Shown piece by piece: positions 61,771 through 64,000 of a stretch of DNA of 64,000 bases. The stretch comes from Longimicrobiales bacterium (lineage in GTDB: Bacteria > Gemmatimonadota > Gemmatimonadetes > Longimicrobiales > Gaopeijiaceae): assembly GCA_965203485.1 (NCBI GenBank), contig OZ241892.1, positions 2,080,001 to 2,144,000 on the forward strand, in the 5' to 3' direction. The notes under the pieces were generated by a model. That model worked only from the letters and a program-made list of their open reading frames with translations. It searched no databases and was not told the DNA's origin. Each line of letters opens with the position of its first letter. Position 1 is the first letter of the stretch. A program made the position numbers and the translations under genes.

Positions 61771-62481
61771 ATGAAGACATGGATTGCCCTCGGCGATGCA
61801 GCCCAAAGTCTATTCTACATGCTTGGTGCTGTCGCGGCCATTGGCCTGGCGACATACAGTGTCTGTAATGGATATACTTTTCGATTCGTTCGTTTTTTCG
61901 GTCCCACTACCGATCGCTGGCATAAACGCGGTTTCTCGTTCCGCCATAAAATCACGCACGAGCATCACGGCGTAGACCGACTAGAAAACAACAAAAGTCG
62001 AGAAACCATCCACGACCTGTCTCATTACTTGACGGTCTATGGCGTCTTCTGGAACACCAACCATCTTGTCGACGAAGATCGTATCCGCATTGGCAAACGC
62101 GAATATCTCATCCATGGCAAACATGCACAGTCCACATCCACGCGTTTATGGCACCTCAACTACGACAAGAATACCATCACTGATTCCTTAAGAAGCATTG
62201 GCATAGATGAACTTAAGCATGTTCTCAGTCGTATTGAGTATGCCGTTGATTTCACAAACTTTCGAATCCTTCTACATGACGCTCAGCGACACGTAGCCAA
62301 GCAAGCTAAACAGCCATCTCGACCCCAATACCCTCCCCGCGCCGTCATTCTCATAAACGGACGGAAAGATGCGCTTTCCGCATGGTTCGATTCCAACAAA
62401 GACGACCTCACAAGTGCTATCACCACCATTATCAACCAACATAGCAGGCGTATCTCGCAACCAATCGAGACACCGGATTAG
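61771..62481 (+). CDS. hypothetical protein with N-terminal membrane anchor
   Basis: Low-GC ORF; hydrophobic segment LFYMLGAVAAIGLATYSV. Confidence 0.6.
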   Translation: MKTWIALGDAAQSLFYMLGAVAAIGLATYSVCNGYTFRFVRFFGPTTDRWHKRGFSFRHKITHEHHGVDRLENNKSRETIHDLSHYLTVYGVFWNTNHLVDEDRIRIGKREYLIHGKHAQSTSTRLWHLNYDKNTITDSLRSIGIDELKHVLSRIEYAVDFTNFRILLHDAQRHVAKQAKQPSRPQYPPRAVILINGRKDALSAWFDSNKDDLTSAITTIINQHSRRISQPIETPD

Positions 62482-62655
62482 ACACCACCGTAAGGTCCTT
62501 CACATTGGGAAGGCCGACATGGTCGGAACGAAGCCATCGGGTGGCCGACGATTGGTCGGTGAAGCGTACGGCAAACTCGAGGCCAACAACCATACAGGCT
62601 GCCAGAACGGCCCCCTACTGCGGCGGCCTCCTCGCCAACCCGTACCATTGATCCC

Positions 62656-64000
62656 GTGACCAGTTCCCACCCTCACCTTTCCCCCGACCTCCGCAACCAG
62701 CTGGCCAAGGTCGTCCTCGCCGCCCGGAGCGTTGCCGAAGCGGCGGCCCGCCACGCGCTGGAGGCGCTGGCCGTAGACCGGAGCGCGCCCCACCAGGCGA
62801 TGCCCCTTTCGGAGCAAGGGCTTCGGAATCGGCTACGGGCACGGGGACGGCAGCTTGGCGACCATCTTGACCGCCGGACCCGCATCCAGGAGATCGGCCG
62901 GCTGGGCCACGAGGTGGCGTACGAGCAGTGGCACCGGATGCTGTTTGCCCGGTTCCTCGCGGAGAATGGCCTGCTCTTGGACCCGGAGCACGGGGTGCCC
63001 GTCTCCACGGAAGAGTGCGGCGAGTTGGCACGAGCAGAAGGCACGGACCGGTGGGCCGTGGCGGGCGGGTTCGCGGCGCAGATGCTGCCGGGGGTCTTTC
63101 GGCAACACGATCCCGTGCTCGAGGTCGTCTTGGCGCCGGAGGCGCGGCTCGAGCTCGAGGAGCTCTTGGAGTCGCTTCCCCGGGCCGTCTTTCTCGCCGG
63201 AGACGCTCTTGGTTGGACGTACCAGTTCTGGCAGGCGAGCCGCAAGGACGAGATCAACCAAAGCGGGGTCAAGATCGGCGCCGACGAGCTGCCCGCCGTC
63301 ACGCAGCTGTTCACCGAGCGGTACATGGTGCTCTTCCTGTTCCACAACACGATCGGCGCTTGGCGGGCGGCGAAGAAGCTGACCGGAAACGGCGGCGGCC
63401 GCGAGTACGAGTCCGAAGAGGACCTCCGGCGGGCGGTGCAGATCGATGCCGACGGAGGCTACGACTTCACGCATCTGCGGTTCGTGCGCGACGAGGACCA
63501 AACTTGGCGTCCGGCCGCCGGCGGCTTCGAGGGTTGGCCGCGGACGGCGGCGGAACTTCGGATTCTCGACCCCTGTTGCGGAAGCGGTCATTTCTTGGTC
63601 GAGGGTCTCGAGCTTCTGGTGCGCCTCCGCATGGACGAGGAGGGTCTCTCAACGGAGGACGCCGTTCGCCGCGTCCTGGCCGAGAACTTGCACGGTCTCG
63701 AGATCGACCCGCGTTGCACGCAGATCGCCGCGTTCAACGTGGCCTTCACGGCTTGGCGCTTGGTCGGCCGCCCCATCGAGCTTGGCCGGATCAAGGTCGC
63801 CTGCTGCGGCTTGGCGCCCAACGCCACGGAGGGCGAATGGATGGTGCTCGCGGACAAGGGCGAGAGGGCCATCGGCTTGGAAGGGAGTCGAAGTCTATTC
63901 GGTTCCGAGCCCTCGCTGGCTTCAGGTCCGCTTCGGGAGGGCGTGGGGGCTCTGCACCGCCTGTTTCGAGATGCGCCGGAACTCGGATCGCTGATTGATC
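62656..64000 (+). CDS. pglX: BREX N6-adenine DNA methyltransferase PglX (partial, runs off window end)
   Basis: Manual translation gives AYEQWHRMLFARFLAENGLL, LGWTYQFW, LPAVTQLFTERYMV and SAM motif ILDPCCGSGHFL, all in one frame from GTG 62656. Confidence 0.88.
   Translation, partial: MTSSHPHLSPDLRNQLAKVVLAARSVAEAAARHALEALAVDRSAPHQAMPLSEQGLRNRLRARGRQLGDHLDRRTRIQEIGRLGHEVAYEQWHRMLFARFLAENGLLLDPEHGVPVSTEECGELARAEGTDRWAVAGGFAAQMLPGVFRQHDPVLEVVLAPEARLELEELLESLPRAVFLAGDALGWTYQFWQASRKDEINQSGVKIGADELPAVTQLFTERYMVLFLFHNTIGAWRAAKKLTGNGGGREYESEEDLRRAVQIDADGGYDFTHLRFVRDEDQTWRPAAGGFEGWPRTAAELRILDPCCGSGHFLVEGLELLVRLRMDEEGLSTEDAVRRVLAENLHGLEIDPRCTQIAAFNVAFTAWRLVGRPIELGRIKVACCGLAPNATEGEWMVLADKGERAIGLEGSRSLFGSEPSLASGPLREGVGALHRLFRDAPELGSLID

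Noticed and set aside
62928..63998. ORF-track 356-aa plus-strand protein
   Set aside because: Wrong frame; the real gene is pglX, in the frame starting at 62656 and open to the window end.

Overview
GC-rich bacterial chromosome segment; the gene content and order resemble Gemmatimonadota, but this is an inference and was not verified. The housekeeping backbone is mostly on the minus strand: pyrD, smpB, L,D-transpeptidase, fsa, pgi, pyk, rnd, a dksA-like gene, a TonB-dependent receptor, tatA/tatC, lptD, nrdR, tol-pal, tsaB/tsaE, uvrB and relA/spoT. Four accessory parts stand out. (1) A ~8.5 kb island splits tolB from pal. It holds IS remnants, an intact IS1182 nested in a dead IS3, a lipoprotein zinc metallopeptidase with a partner lipoprotein, and an AbrB/VapC toxin-antitoxin pair with a 6 x 19-bp upstream repeat array. 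(2) A LysW carrier-protein operon (lysW-lysX-lysY-[Ntn hydrolase]-lysZ-lysJ) has no lysK, and a class II glutamine amidotransferase-like gene sits inside it as a candidate LysK replacement. (3) A sulfotransferase lies next to a GPP34(GOLPH3)-cytochrome P450 fusion. (4) A BREX locus (brxA-brxB-brxC...pglX) has the brxC 3' end in three copies, interleaved with ~7.4 kb of cargo: a PIN pair, two ABC-ATPase + nuclease-like pairs and a membrane protein. No rRNA, tRNA or CRISPR array was recognised. All family calls come from motif recognition, not database searches.
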